Below the pieces are notes generated by a model. It saw nothing but the letters and a program-made list of their open reading frames with translations. It was not told where the DNA came from and did not search any database. A DNA stretch of 64,000 bases, taken from Entomortierella parvispora E1425. Taxonomy: Eukaryota; Fungi; Mortierellomycota. Of this stretch, positions 1-12,925 are shown piece by piece. The translations under genes were made by a program, and so were the position numbers. The DNA is taken from the NCBI GenBank assembly GCA_020891255.1, contig BQFW01000008.1:434001-498000 (forward strand), in the 5' to 3' direction. Position 1 is the first letter of the stretch. The number at the start of each line of letters is the position of its first letter.

Positions 1-75
1 GCCAAGTTCCCAGAGCGCACGCCACAGACGCGTCTTGAGGTGGTTTCTATGATCAGTAACAAGACCAGACGACAT
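1..75 (-). CDS. possible 5' end of a minus-strand gene running off the window (MSSGLVTDHRNHLKTRLWRALWELG...)
   Basis: ATG at 75-73 in a caaacATGtc context, open to the window edge, divergent from the MFS gene. Too short to assign. Confidence 0.3.
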   Translation of the reverse strand, partial: MSSGLVTDHRNHLKTRLWRALWELG

Positions 76-795
76 GTTTGGTCCCACCAGAGCGAACCAA
101 GCAAAAAAAAAAAAAAAAAAGAATCTTATCTCCTCGCGATCTGAGATCGATCTTCGGTGCGCTGACAACAGGGGCCATTGCTCGAATCCTCTCTCCTCCA
201 TTTCACCTTGTCCCTACCCCTTCTTTTTCTCCGCGTGCACTGCACGCAAAACATTCATCGCCCTTCTCCGTCTCTTACTCCTCAGTGTCAACGTTCAATG
301 AAACGTGGCCCATTAAGCATGAATACCTGTTGTTATTCCTCTTTGGTGCCGCAAGTTGCGCAACCCGACCTCTTCGATTGTTCACATCGGGCCCGATCAA
401 AAAACACAAAAACGGGTTCACTGTTCGTGCCTTGTTTTGGGCAGGATCCAGGGAGTCAAAAAAAAAATAATCGAGCGCTCACCACAACAGGGACTCGGCT
501 GCACATCCCAAAAGCTTGACGAGCACAACAAAACACAGGCAGCAATTACACCACAAGGCGCAGTATCTGGGTTCTCGCAAAGACATTAGCACAAAGGAAC
601 AGTTGTGGGCACATGGACACTTCCGATTCTGTGGGCTGAACCAGGAAGGACATTTGGCGTTTTTGGATTTTGCAATTTAAGCATCAAAGCTTTTCTTTCC
701 TCTCTTTGTCTCCCTTCCTGACCCTTCTTTCTTTTCCCGTCATTACTCTTTATCTATAACTACTTCCTTTCGCCTAATAACCTCAATTGCCATCC

Positions 796-3120
796 ATGGC
801 CACAGACGATTCCTCTGGCCCCGAAGAAGAAGCGGCAGAGACTGTCATCTCGGGACCCTTACCGTCCGTCCCGCCTTGCCCGAAACAGTCGATCACTAAT
901 GAGGTCCTTGAGGAGGAAGAGAGCGCAATCTCAATTGCCGAGCAGGAGCAGACTCTAGCGGAGGACACACGGCTTGAAAGACTAGAACTCAAACCTTGGT
1001 ACTCTCGACCCACCATCCAATGGCTCCTGCCATTCGTGTTCCTGCTCGCCGTTACATTGGGAATCTCTTCCGCACCACAGGATCAGATGCTAAACAAGAT
1101 CATTTGCAAAGATTACTTCCGAGGACAGGAAGGGCCTGTTATCGAAATCGTTGACAAGTGCAACACGCCTGCCGTCCAGGCCATGGCAGCGGTAGTGACG
1201 AGTCGACTTCGGTCTGCCAAGTATATTTGCTGTAAGGATTGGGGTTCTGAGTGGCCATTATTTCCATTCGCACCCCTAACCCCCCGGGCTGTTTCTTTGT
1301 TCTCGCTCGAATGTATAGCAATTTTTACCGTTGGGTTCTATACCTCACTGTCGGACCGTTTGGGTCGCAAGTACCTCATCTACATGACTCTCATTCCCTC
1401 AGCCGCAACTCAGCTACTGATCATCTATCTGATCCATCCTGAGAGGAACCTGGGGCTAGGTCTGCTGTACGGAAACTATGTGTTGAACGGTTGCCTGGGT
1501 GGAGAGTCGTTGCTGGAACCCTGTGTCACTTCATATGTCGGTAAGAGTTGAGCATGGTCTTCAAGTCATAGAAGCTCAACCCTTTCTAACACCCTCCCCA
1601 AACTGTTGGACCAGCTGACTGCACTTCACGCGAGAACCGAAGCGTGGCCATGGGCTATATCATGGTTGCACTCTCGGTTGGCATCACGTTCGGCCCACTC
1701 ATTGGAGGTTACCTCAGTGATGTCACTGGCAATGATGCCAATGCACTCAAACTTTCGATCCTGGCATCGCTGGTATCGATCCTGTACACGGCGATTCTCC
1801 CCGAGTCTCGCGTCCCAACAAAAGATTCAGTGATCTCATCTATGGCCATCCATTCAGCCAGCAGTGCCAGTCCAACAGAGACGAGTGTCTCGATGATGGG
1901 CAAGGCAAAAAAATTTGTGCTGAATTTCCTGGATCCACTCTTACTGTTTTTGCCTGGCAGAATCAAGTCGGCCCCAGATGTTGCAGTTTTGCCCTCGCGT
2001 TATACCCTGGTTCTCATTGTCTTTTCATATGCCTTGACCCAATTCGCATCTAATGGTAAGTATGGCTTGAGGCGTTATGACTTTGAAAGTGTTTGCTGGC
2101 TCATGGTCATTGTCATTGTCATGCAGTTTGCAGCATCCGCGTCATTCACTGACATCATGTATTCATTCATCAGGTGCATCTTCTCTGTTGATCCCGTACT
2201 CGGTAAAATGGAGTTTGTATTATCCAAGGAGGGTTATTGACTCAGGTTCAAGGACATTGGAAGTAACTCGCAAAATGTACTTTTTGTGTTGAATAGAACC
2301 TTGTGTACTCCTGGAAGTCATTGCAGGACAGTATCTACCTCACGGTCTATGGAGTGTCAACCTTTATTGTATATGTAGCCATCTTTCCAGCAATGCAGGC
2401 AGGCTATAAGGCTATGGTCAAGAGACAATTGAAGTCGCCAACTGAACCCGAGGATCAAGAAGTGGAAGCTCCTCTTCTTCTGAGCGAGTCCTCAACAGAG
2501 GAAGCCCGGAGGACGGAAGAGAAGGATGCTGGGACGGTATGGAGGGATATCAACTTTTTCTTGTTCGGATCAGCACTGTATGCGGTCGGATTTGTGTTGA
2601 TCCCGATCTTCCACAAGGACAAAATCCTGTTCATCTGTAAGTCCAAAAGTGCGATGCATTGGTTTTTTCATTATCTCGCAGGTGGATGATATGATCATGG
2701 TGCGCTTTTATCTTATCTGATAAAAGATCACGATTTTTTTTTTTCCTTTGATCTTTGAGCTGATATCGTATCCCTCATCTTTTTACTCCAACAATCTTTC
2801 TCTCCTGATGGTCTCCGAGATCAGCTTGCGGGGTTCATTCTCTTGCATCGATAGGTATGCCCTCGTTCAGTTCCTTGCTGACAACATACATACCAGCAGA
2901 TCAAACGGGCAAGGCGTTGGGAGGGATCGCAGTGCTTGATTCGATCTTGACGAGCACCTCGTTGCTGCTATACGGTTGGATCTTCAGCAAGAGCTCGGCG
3001 ACGATGCCCGAGGCGGCGTATGTTGTGTCGACAGTGATATCGCTGTGTGGGGTTGGAGTGCTGGTGGTGGTGCGATCGTCGTACCGTACAGGCGCGCGGC
3101 GGAGAGGAGATGGGAGATGA
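796..3120 (+). CDS. MFS transporter, SLC46/PCFT-like (multi-exon)
   Basis: ORFs 787-1551, 1644-2240, 2303-2689 and 2857-3120 join through GT-AG introns. MFS motif A-like SLSDRLGRK, GITFGPLIGGYL and many TM segments. First true ATG at 796 (the ORF track starts at a TTG). Last intron 2637-2824. Confidence 0.8.
2708..2723. promoter_or_regulatory. clustered GATA sites TTATC-TTATC-TGATAA containing ATCTGATAA (SreA/Fep1-type consensus ATCWGATAA)
   Basis: Sequence TTATCTTATCTGATAA at 2708-2723, inside the last MFS intron and ~1,020 bp upstream of the SreA ATG. Function is inferred. Confidence 0.4.
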
Positions 3121-3743
3121 AAGATGAGAGGTGGGACGGTATCACAAACCCTTAAGGGACCAACGCACCAATCTTATCGCGATCAGCCGAGCAGAGAAGA
3201 GGAAAAAAAAAAAAAATCAAAATCTTTTTTTTGCAATCTGTGTGTGTGTGTCCCATCATCAGCATTCAATCAGTCCATATCAATACAATCAAGTCAATCA
3301 CCACATGAATCCCCCCAGAATAACATTTTCGCTCTCTGGTTCAGACTGTTCTTCCCTGCTCTCGCCTCTTTTTTTCCTCTCTCGCTGTCCTTGTCCCCCC
3401 TTCTCTCACTGTCTCTCTCTCTCTCACTGTCTCTCTCCCTCTCCGCTCCTCTCTTCCCTCTTCCTCTCTCTCACCTTCACCTTCTCTTCCCTCTCGTCTG
3501 ATCTTCTTTCCTTTCATTCGAATCATCCCAACATCCCCGCATCGTCTCGCCCGCTCTGCACTCATCCCGAGCATATTCACATTACCGCAGTCAATCCAAT
3601 CTTTCCGACCTCATTCTTGTTGCCATTCTCCATTCTCTCTTTTTCCATCCACGACCTTTCCACACAGCCACTTGTAAACCCCTTCTGTTTCCTCTCCCTT
3701 CTGGTCCTCACCTCCTCACCCTCCTTCCTTCCTTCTTCCACTC

Positions 3744-6700
3744 ATGTCTCTTGCCGAGACAGCTCCCGTGGTCTCGACCATAACAGCTGCCGAGGTCGAG
3801 GTTGAAGTTGCTGCTGCTCCCCCCGTCGGCAGTGTCGGTGCTGCTGCCGCTGTGGACACGGACATGGACTCCAAAGATAGTTCCTCAGCAACGATATCAT
3901 CCTCTGCTCACCCCTTGCCTTCCCCTTCCACGTTGTCTGCATCCTCTGCTGTCTCTATATCGCTAGCTACTTCCTTATCAACAGCAGCATCCCCGCCAAC
4001 CACATCCGCATCAACAACACCGCCCAAAGATCTCGTGCCTACAGCCTCTGTCGCTGTTGCACCGCTCTCGCCTTCACCGTCCGTTACAATGGCATCACCG
4101 CCTCTTCCCCCCTCAAACACAGCTGCATCCTCAACGGATCCTTCTACATCAACAAGGACAACGACCGCGTCGACAGCAACCAGTTCACCAGAGCAAGACA
4201 AAGGATCTTTATCCTCCCCAAATCCGTTCTCTAGACCAACCCCTTCATCTCTGTCTCCTCCCTTCACTCCCTCGACCACCTCCTCCTTGTCCACATCTAC
4301 TATGGTCACCATTGACAAGGGTCACCCGATCCCTACTTCCAACGCACTTTCTTTCTCGCTCAAATCGCGACTTTCGAGCAGTGCACCCTTGTCATCGCTT
4401 TCATCCGTCACGCCTACCACTATTATCTCGCCAAAACCGTACCCATCCTACGCTCCTACCGCCTCTGCTTCTCTGTCATCTTCTGCAATCTCACCCAAGG
4501 ATGGACGTCCGACATCGTACTCGAATGCTTATCCTGCCTTGGGTTCAACATCAACCAAAGATATTCATATCAAAAGCCCCGTGATCCCTCATCAGTCTAT
4601 GATGTCGCCACCACCATCAACTTCCTCCTCCTCAGCAGCACCGGCGATCAAGGAGGAACAGACGTTGACAGAAGACGACGAGGAGGAATATGACGAATAT
4701 GAGGAGATTGAGGAGTACGAGGAGTTTAATGAAGGTGATTTCTCAGATGATGATCCCGGTATCCCAGAGGAGCACGACACAGAGATGGTAGATGTCTCCG
4801 CAGGGTCCTCTTCACCACCTCACCACCCCAACCACCCAAGTGGCACTGCTTCTTCTTCCAGCAAGCATCCTCACCGGTTAACAACTCCAGGGTCGCCCTC
4901 GACTGTGACCAGTGGAGATGGTCCATCGGGTTCACCAAAGTTGAATCCACAGCAGCAAAACCAGCAACAGGAACAGCAGCCGACCGCAAACTCGACAACG
5001 TCTGAATCTTCGGAATCGCATCGATCAGGAAAGACTTCCGGGATCGTTGGTCTTAGGAAGGATTCAAAAGGTGTTATTACAGCGACGGTATGTGCCAATT
5101 GTGGAACAACGTCGACCCCACTTTGGCGCCGGGCCAGCGATGGACAAACGATCTGCAATGCATGCGGTAAGTTGCTGTTCTCCATCATTTTATTGTTTCG
5201 ACAGTTGAGAAAAAAAGAGAGAGAGAGGTCCAATTGAAAAAAAAGTGAGGCCAACAAAAAAAAAAAAAAAAAAAAAAAAAAGAACGAGAGAGATGGAAGA
5301 TGGGGGATCAAAACGTCAGAGTGCGGGAGAGAAGCAGGGCGGGGACAGAAATCTGAACCCCAATCAATAGAATGTCCACGGAACCAGAGGCGATTGTGTG
5401 GAGTGGGAGAGGATCGGTGTCCTCAGTGCTCCGTGGGGCACTAGACCAGACTGATGCTGCATATGAACAGGGGTCGAAGGTGAGATGCAGACTGATGGAC
5501 AGATCATTGTTGACGGGATACAAGGAAAGGGTTGCGGCTGGTCACGCGACTTGTCAACAAAGAAAAAGCAGACGTTTTCTTCCACCATCAGCCTTCTCCC
5601 TGCCCTTCTCTTCACTCAATCCACTTCTGGGCTGGGGACTTTCAACCTGATTTCGGAGGGAGGTCGATCGGTTATTCCTTCCTTTGTTATCGCTGCATTG
5701 ATCAAGGGACGGAGCTTTTGCTCTGGCGTCGTTTTCTTTTGAGGGTGGGAAAAAAAAAGTTTTTGTAATCAGTGATTTGATCGCGATTGCAAACACAAAA
5801 AGAATCTGAGCAGATGCAGACCAGACCAGTGAGAGGAGAGTTATTTTAAACACTCCACGCTCACATGGAAGTGAAAAGAGAGAGTGAGAGTGAACAGGGA
5901 GAGTGGCGCGGGCAGCTAGCGCCTTGGCATGGTCCTCTTCTCAGAGATGGTCTCAAATTGGCCAGGGAATAATACGGCGGACGGACGAGCAGTGTGTCTT
6001 CATGCATCGGCAATAATCTCGATTAAAGTCGACGCCTCGTTTAACATGACCAAGCGGCGGATGGACCTGTTCTGACCGGCTGTCCTTTATTCATTGTTGA
6101 CTCGGCTGAGACAGAGACAGACAGAGAGAGAAGAGAGCGGCTGTAGGGGATGGAGGTAGATTCCCGATTGTTTTGGTTGGACCAAGGCGCTCTTTTTTTT
6201 CCCTCGTTCTTGATCAGTGTTTTGTGATTGTGCAAGGGCGAGGATGCCTGTGGTCGCACACGGCCTGAACTCAATTATCCGGTGAAATCTTGTCTAATCA
6301 AGTCCTGTCTTCTTTCTCTCTGCTCCCTGTTGTATGTTCTCTTTGGTCATCTCGCGCTATCCGCTCGAATGATTGCTACATGACTGGACCTTCCATGCCG
6401 CATGCAAACGAACGATCATCGGACTCTGCACTCACTCGACGTGATCAAACACAGGCCTCTACTACAAAGCCAGGAACCTGACGCGACCTCCATGGCTCAA
6501 GCGAAACATGGGCCTGAAGAAGGGCGAGTCTGTGGAGACAGATGATGTCGAGAACGAGACAGGCGCGCGTGCTTCTTCCACTGGGCACAAGGAGGCCGAG
6601 GCGCAGGAGAATTCGACCGCCGGCCCAGACCAAGATGCAAAGAGCGGTACTGACGCCGCAAACGCCACTACGACTGAAGACAAAACAAAGACCAGCGACG

Positions 6701-8994
6701 GCTCATGTCCAGGCGAAGGCGAGTGCAACGGACAGGGAGGAACGCACACATGTTCAGGATGTCCGTCCTTTAACCAGCAACAACAGTCTAGCCGTCAACA
6801 TCTTGTTTGTGCAAACTGTCGCACAACAACGACACCACTGTGGCGAAGGGACAGCAGCGGCAACACCATCTGCAATGCTTGTGGCCTGTATTTTAAACTC
6901 CACAACGTTCATCGTCCCGTTACTATGAAGAGGGCGGTCATCAAGCGGAGAAAGCGTGTCAACGTGCCTGCAAATTCTCCTCCCATGGTTCCTCAGCATG
7001 TACTTCAGCAGCAACACCATCAGCAGCACCACCCGCATCTTCAACACCAGCAGCGTTCCCAGCACCCACAGCATTTGCAACATCAGGCACATCAGCAGCA
7101 ACTAGGACATCAACCTCATCATCCACACCTGCCACCTCATTATCCCTCTCGTTTGCAGTACCCGAAGCCACTCCAGAGAGCTAGAACGCCGCCAATGATG
7201 GTCGCTCCTAACGGAGTAGATCACGACCAGGATGAAGGCGCTGCGGCGAAACGTCGGCGGATTCAGAACTCGAACGGCTCAAGAGCCGTTCCAGCGCCGG
7301 ATGATTACATCATTCCTAACCGTGCTGGCAATGGTCAGCCAGAATGGGGACGACGAAGAAGTATTTCACCCATCGAAAATATTGGCAGCGCGGACCAGAG
7401 GATGCATCACACTTATTCTCAGCACCAGTCGAGACCACAGGACCCTCCACGTTATTCAGTCAATGTTCACCCAGGGAATGGGCAATACCATTCCACCCCT
7501 TCCATGAGCATGTCTCGGTACCCGATGCATCCACCACCACCACCCAGAGTGCAGCAGCCACCACCTTCCATGCAGCAGCAGCCTGTTCACCATGCTCCTC
7601 AACATTCTCGACAGGCTCCTTTGCCTCCTCAACAAGCGCAGCAACCTCAGCAGCAGCAGCATCCTCATGGCCATTTGCACCTATCTCACCCTCACCATGC
7701 GCCCCAGCACCACCCTCACGAGCAAGGGTCACTTGGTTATCAGCATCATCAGATGGATGAAGGGATGCATCACTCCTCTCAGTCATCGTCAGGATGGAAC
7801 AAGAGTCTTCCCGGATACGCCACGGTAGCTTCGTCGTCATCCAACACTCGCCTTTCATCGACCGGAATTGTTCATTCCACGGGTCCCCCACCCATCTCTC
7901 CTCCCATCTACCCTCGGTACCAGCAAGGAGGGGCGCCGCCCCTTCAGCCTTATCATCAGTCTTATAGAGCTGGTGCCTCCCAGCCGAGTCATGAGTACCA
8001 TCCATCGGAGGCGGGTCAACAGCACGGAGCGCCTCCTCCAACACCTCCTCAGAGTGGTCATCATTACTCTAATGGCACCTCGCCCACACCTGGTGCATCG
8101 AGTTCAGGATATACCACCCCGTATCATCACCCAATGTCGTCAATGGTCAATGGAGGGCACGGGGAAGGTCACGGTGAGCGAGAGCGTGCGCCCAGTGGAG
8201 GAAGTGGATCAGGACATCTGCCGCCGATTTCATTGCCTCATCCCTCACACCAAGGCCATCATCAGGCGTTGCCTCGTCCTGGAGAGATGATGCACCCACA
8301 GGAGCAGGGGTCACATCATTCATTCGGCCATCGTCGACAGCCTTCGTCTCCACCTACTGGAATGAATGGGGTTGCCATTGGGGCCCCTCCGCCTGTTGTT
8401 CCTTCTCCCGGAGCGGCTAGTAGTGCCGAAGTATTGCAACAGACTCGACAGGATCTGCAGAGGGAAGTTACACACTTGTCGATGCTTCTTGGACGGGCGG
8501 CGGCGGTTTTGAGTGGACTGGACCAAGCTTTGGATCCTCACCATGCAGCAGCAGCGTCGGGTTCGCCTCCTGTGCCTCATTCCATTCGCGAGAGTGGATC
8601 TCCTGTTGGCGGAGGCTACGCTATGCACAACGGACACGGCAGTCATAGCCTTGGAGGCGGAGGGTCAGGACCTTCCTCAGGCGATGTCAAGACCAATTCT
8701 GCAATGGGAAATTTGATGGCACTTAGCCCTTCTGGTGGCTCTAGCCATCCAGGAACCCAGGTTCGGCACGATGAGCGGGACATGATTCATATGCAGCATC
8801 AGCAACAACAACAACATCAGCAACAGCAACAGCAGCAACAGCACCATGTTCCTCAACACTCCATGGCAGCTCAGTCGCAGCCTCAGTACTCTAAACAACC
8901 ACAGCATCATGGACCGCCTCCACCATTGCCTCAACCGACTCGGTACCCACAGACCCATTCGTACTCGTCATACCCATTGCCGAGGAGGCCATAG
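3744..8994 (+). CDS. sreA: iron-responsive GATA transcription factor (SreA/Fep1/Urbs1/Sfu1 family), ~1320 aa, 2 exons
   Basis: Exons 3744-5166 and 6455-8994 join in frame (NACG|[16 protein letters not shown]). Two CX2CX17CX2C GATA fingers flank the diagnostic Cys-rich motif [19 protein letters not shown] (CX5CX8CX2C). Q/H-rich C-terminus with an [12 protein letters not shown] coiled coil. Confidence 0.93.
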
Positions 8995-9153
8995 ATTTCA
9001 TTTTTTTTGTTCTCAACTTTTTTTGATAATTTTTGATTTTCTTGTACAGCCACCCCACTTGTACCATAATAAATTTACAACAGCTTTTTTTTTTGCATTT
9101 CTTTCTCCTTTCCCCTCTGATCGCCCAAAACATCAACACGAGACAACATACAC

Positions 9154-10234
9154 ATGCAAACTCCACAACCAAAGGCATTGACCAGTAGGGACAGAGATTA
9201 CCTTGCGTCGGCACTTGCACTGGCCACAGAATTTCGTCAATTGTAAATGAAAGTTTGTTCTTTGCTGGTTTATTGAATTCATGGTGCACATGGTCATGTT
9301 TCTTACCTCATTCTACACCTCAAATCGGCAACAGGTCCACAGAATGGAAGAATGCTGTCAATCAAGGCTCAGTAGCCCTCAAGAGCGCAAGGACCTGTAA
9401 GTTCCATCTCCATACTGCGACCATCAGTTGACAGCCTTGTTCGAACGAAAACGCGAAGCCAAAGAAAAAAAACCGGAGATGATGTAAAGGCTCTAATCTT
9501 CAGATCGTTTACTCTTGCTTATCATCCAGCCGCCGTTCGAGCAGTAGCCGATCTCACAGTGATTGTTGACCAACGTAAGGATCCCCCTTTCCCCCCTTCC
9601 CTTCCTCCTTCATGTCACCCCATTTGTTCTCCTCAACCATTCACCAAACTTTTCATTATTTATTGCGGTGGATCTAGTTCAAGATATCCTCTCCAGAATG
9701 AGTTCTCTCCGACTTAAACTCATTGAGGCCATCCAAAAGGCCTCCCCACCAGACACACCTAGCCTCAGATCCATTCTTCAATCTCAAGTGGACAAGCAAC
9801 AGGCAGAAATCTTGGCGCAGGAACGTCGAGACCGTTACAGATCAGAGAACCCAGATGATTCCGAACCAGAGTCAGAGCCGGATCTTTCTAATATGGGCCA
9901 AAAGACATTGGGGTATATACCGTCGAGGGATTTGATCCGACATGTCATTCCAGGTACTTTGGCGACACCTATAGATTTGATGGGATACTTGGATCATGTT
10001 GTGGATCAGACGATGGATGAGATGGAGTTGAAGGAATCTCTCTTGGAAGCACTGGAGACGATCAGAGATCTGAAGGATTCTGGCGAGGACGAATTGCCAT
10101 CTTTGCTGGATCAACAATTGACAAATATGACGCTAGTTTGGGAACTGGAGCCATATCTGGAAACTGTACCAGAAAGGAACGAAGTCGAGGGGCAATTAGG
10201 GATCATGTCCTGGCAGATGGAAAAAGTAAAATAA
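9154..10234 (+). CDS. helical protein resembling CINP (CDK2-interacting protein) family
   Basis: Hand-spliced exons 9154-9242, 9335-9396, 9530-~9575 and ~9678-10234 give MQTPQ...EFRQLSTEWKNAVNQG...VIVDQLQDILSRM...MELKESLLEAL...MTLVWELEPYLE. The C-terminal WxxxPYLE resembles CINP WLHQPYVE (from memory). Confidence 0.5.
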
Positions 10235-10460
10235 ATTCCAAAAAACACGCAAAGATACAGTTGTTCACTGGTAAGAGGACAAGAGAGGCTTTGAAGATGC
10301 AATATGTGTTTTTATTGTTTTTGGGTGGGTCAGAGCCAGTGTTGGACAGAGCGAGTCAATGAGTCCGAGCATGGTTGAATGCGATGGTGTTGAGTAGCAA
10401 AAAAAAAAGAGCAAAGAGTAGAATAATTGGTATGAACAGATGCAAAAAGGCGGCCGAGGT

Positions 10461-12496
10461 TTAATCCCATCCAGAAACCTGTCGGCCTCCAAAGGCATCT
10501 GTTGTCTCTTCCAAGGCCGAGATGTCGAACTTTGGAATCTTCTTCTTCTTGGCGAGCTGAGCCGACTTGTCGACCACGGCCACGACTCCCGAGCGTGCCT
10601 TGGAGGCATCCTCGGGGCTGACCATAGCAGTACGGGCGGCAGGTGCGGCAGCAGGGTGGGTCGAGGGCTTGTCGCTCAAGCTCATACTCATGACATCGGC
10701 AGCTGTGGCAGAGACAATGGCGGGTCCCTTGTTTGCCTCCGCAACCTCGGCCTTCTTGGTCTTGGCGGCCACCACCTTCTCGATCTTGGCCTTCTTGTGC
10801 TTGACCTCGGCCTCGGAAGGCTTGGCCAAGAAGCTGTCCTCCTCCAAGGTTGTGGGCTCCTTCATCTCCTTGCGAGCAGCCTTCTTCTTTTTCAACAGCT
10901 CTGCCATCTTTTCCTTCTTGGCCTCCTTCTTGGCAGCCTTACGGGTCTCCTTACGGATCCTGTTCAGCTCGGCCTTGGCAGCCTTGGCTTCCTCATCCAT
11001 CTCCACATCTTCCTCTGCGGCCTCGCCGTCAGCAGGCGCAAGAGCAGCCAGGGGTCGAGGTCCGTTGCCCTTGAAAACTGAAGATAATGTGGACTTCTTC
11101 TTGGGTGTTGCCTCCTGATCGTCCTCCTCCTGGTCTCTTGACCTCTTAGTGGGCTTTTCTGATTTCGTGCTGCTCTTCTTTGACTTCTTGTCTGTAGATG
11201 CTTCCTCCTCTTCCTCATCTGCTGAGGCCATGGACTCGTCCTCGTCTCCGGCACCCGACTTTTTAGCCTTTTCTTCCTTTCTCTTCTTCTTTTCTTCCTT
11301 GCGTGCCTTCTTTTCCTCCTTCTCAGCCTTGGTCTTCTTCTTTTTCCGCTCAAACTGATCTGCGTCTGCCAAGACTTCCTGGTCCACATCCTCAGCCTGG
11401 ATCTCGCCACGCTTGATCTTCTTGAGTGTCTTTTTCTTTTCCAAGTCCTCCTTCTTTTGCAACATCTTTTGAACGACCTCCTTGTGCTCTGCTCTCTTGG
11501 CCTTGATCTCCAAAAATCGAGGGTCGAATCGCTCGCCATCCAAAACACGCAGTGAGGGAACGAGGGCCAGAATCTATGAGGCAGAAAAAGTTGAAATGTT
11601 AATTTTCTTTTCTCTTTGTTTTCTTTCATCTGACATAAACGATGCAATTGAAGAAAATGTAGAAGATGTACCTTCTTCTTGTAGTCGGGCTTATCGCAAA
11701 TGGGGTTTCCTTGCAAGTTCAAGTTGATCAAATGCATCAAAGAGCCCAAAGGAGCCACATCGGACCATTCTCTCAACATGTTGCCACCCAAATCCAAGAT
11801 ATCCAAAGCAGTGCAGCGTCTCAACGAATCTGGGATGGTCAACAACTTGTTGTGGTTCAATCTCAGTTCCTTCAACATGCCATTCTCTGAAAGATCCGGG
11901 ATCTGTCTCAATTCATTGTGGGCCGCGGACAATTTGGTGAGCTTGGTCAGCTTGGGGAAAGAGGGCAATTCCTGGATCCGGTTATGAGAAAGAACGATGG
12001 TGTTGAGTTCGAGCAATCCTCCGAGATAATCCACAACCTTGATCTTGTTATTGTTCAACACCAAAGCCTTCAAGTTGACGAGTTTTTCGATATGCATCGA
12101 GATACGGTTCAAGTCGTTATGGGACATGTTCAGGACTAACCACAAATTAAAAAAAAAAATGTAAATGATATTTAGTAAAATGCTTCCCTATCTGGGGTAG
12201 AGTCAAGCGCTTTAAAAAACCTTACCGAACAAGGTGGTGAGTTTTTGAACCCCCTCAAAGCTATCGAGCTGGTTGCCACTGAGGTTCAGGAGAGTGAGGG
12301 ACTGGAGATGTTGAAGACCGGCGATAGAGTCTGTGGAGGCGAGGTTGTTGTGGGAGAGAATCAACTTGTGAAGGTTGACACAGATAGAGATATCTTCAAT
12401 GTGGTTTATCTCTTTCTTGGACAGGTTCAGGTCCTTGAGCTGCTGGAGATCAACTCCTGCAGCCTGGGAAGAGATAATGGCGGGGGTCAACTTCAT
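10461..12496 (-). CDS. SDS22-like leucine-rich repeat protein with a long Lys/Glu-rich C-terminal tail
   Basis: Repeated LxxLxLxxNxL units in ORFs 12212-12592 and 10964-12145, an LRR cap (LNLQGNPICDKPDY), then a KKE-rich ORF 10461-11543 ending GGRQVSGWD. ATG at 12496. Confidence 0.8.
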
Positions 12497-12925
12497 GGTG
12501 GTAGAAGTAGGTGTCCTGTATGTCCTGTGTATATTTGTTGTTGCTGTTTTGTCTGCTTGTGCTAGTTTATGGTTCGTGTACAGATAGCCCAAGGGTGGAG
12601 AGGAGAGGATGAAGGTGAAGATGAAAGGGACAAACGACTAAACCGATGACTCGTGGGAGATAATGGGTCAATTGAGAGTGAGAGTGAGGAGAGGAAGACG
12701 TGGTCTCTGCGTGTTCAAGGAAAAAAAAGAAAAATATAAATGGCTGGACGGTCTGTTTACGTTGCCGAAAACTGTGACTGCCATGAGCAACCGCTCGAGT
12801 CCGCACAAGCCACGAAGTGGGACCTTGGTTGTCCGGAGAGACTCTCTTGCCCTGGCATGCTCATTGTCTGCATTCATTCGTTCGCTCTTGTCCAACCTCA
12901 TCCTCATCCCCTCTCTCTCAGAACA

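Noticed and set aside
10440-11358. Plus-strand ORFs of 213, 183 and 69 aa
   Set aside because: They are antisense shadows of the Lys/Glu-rich tail of the LRR gene.
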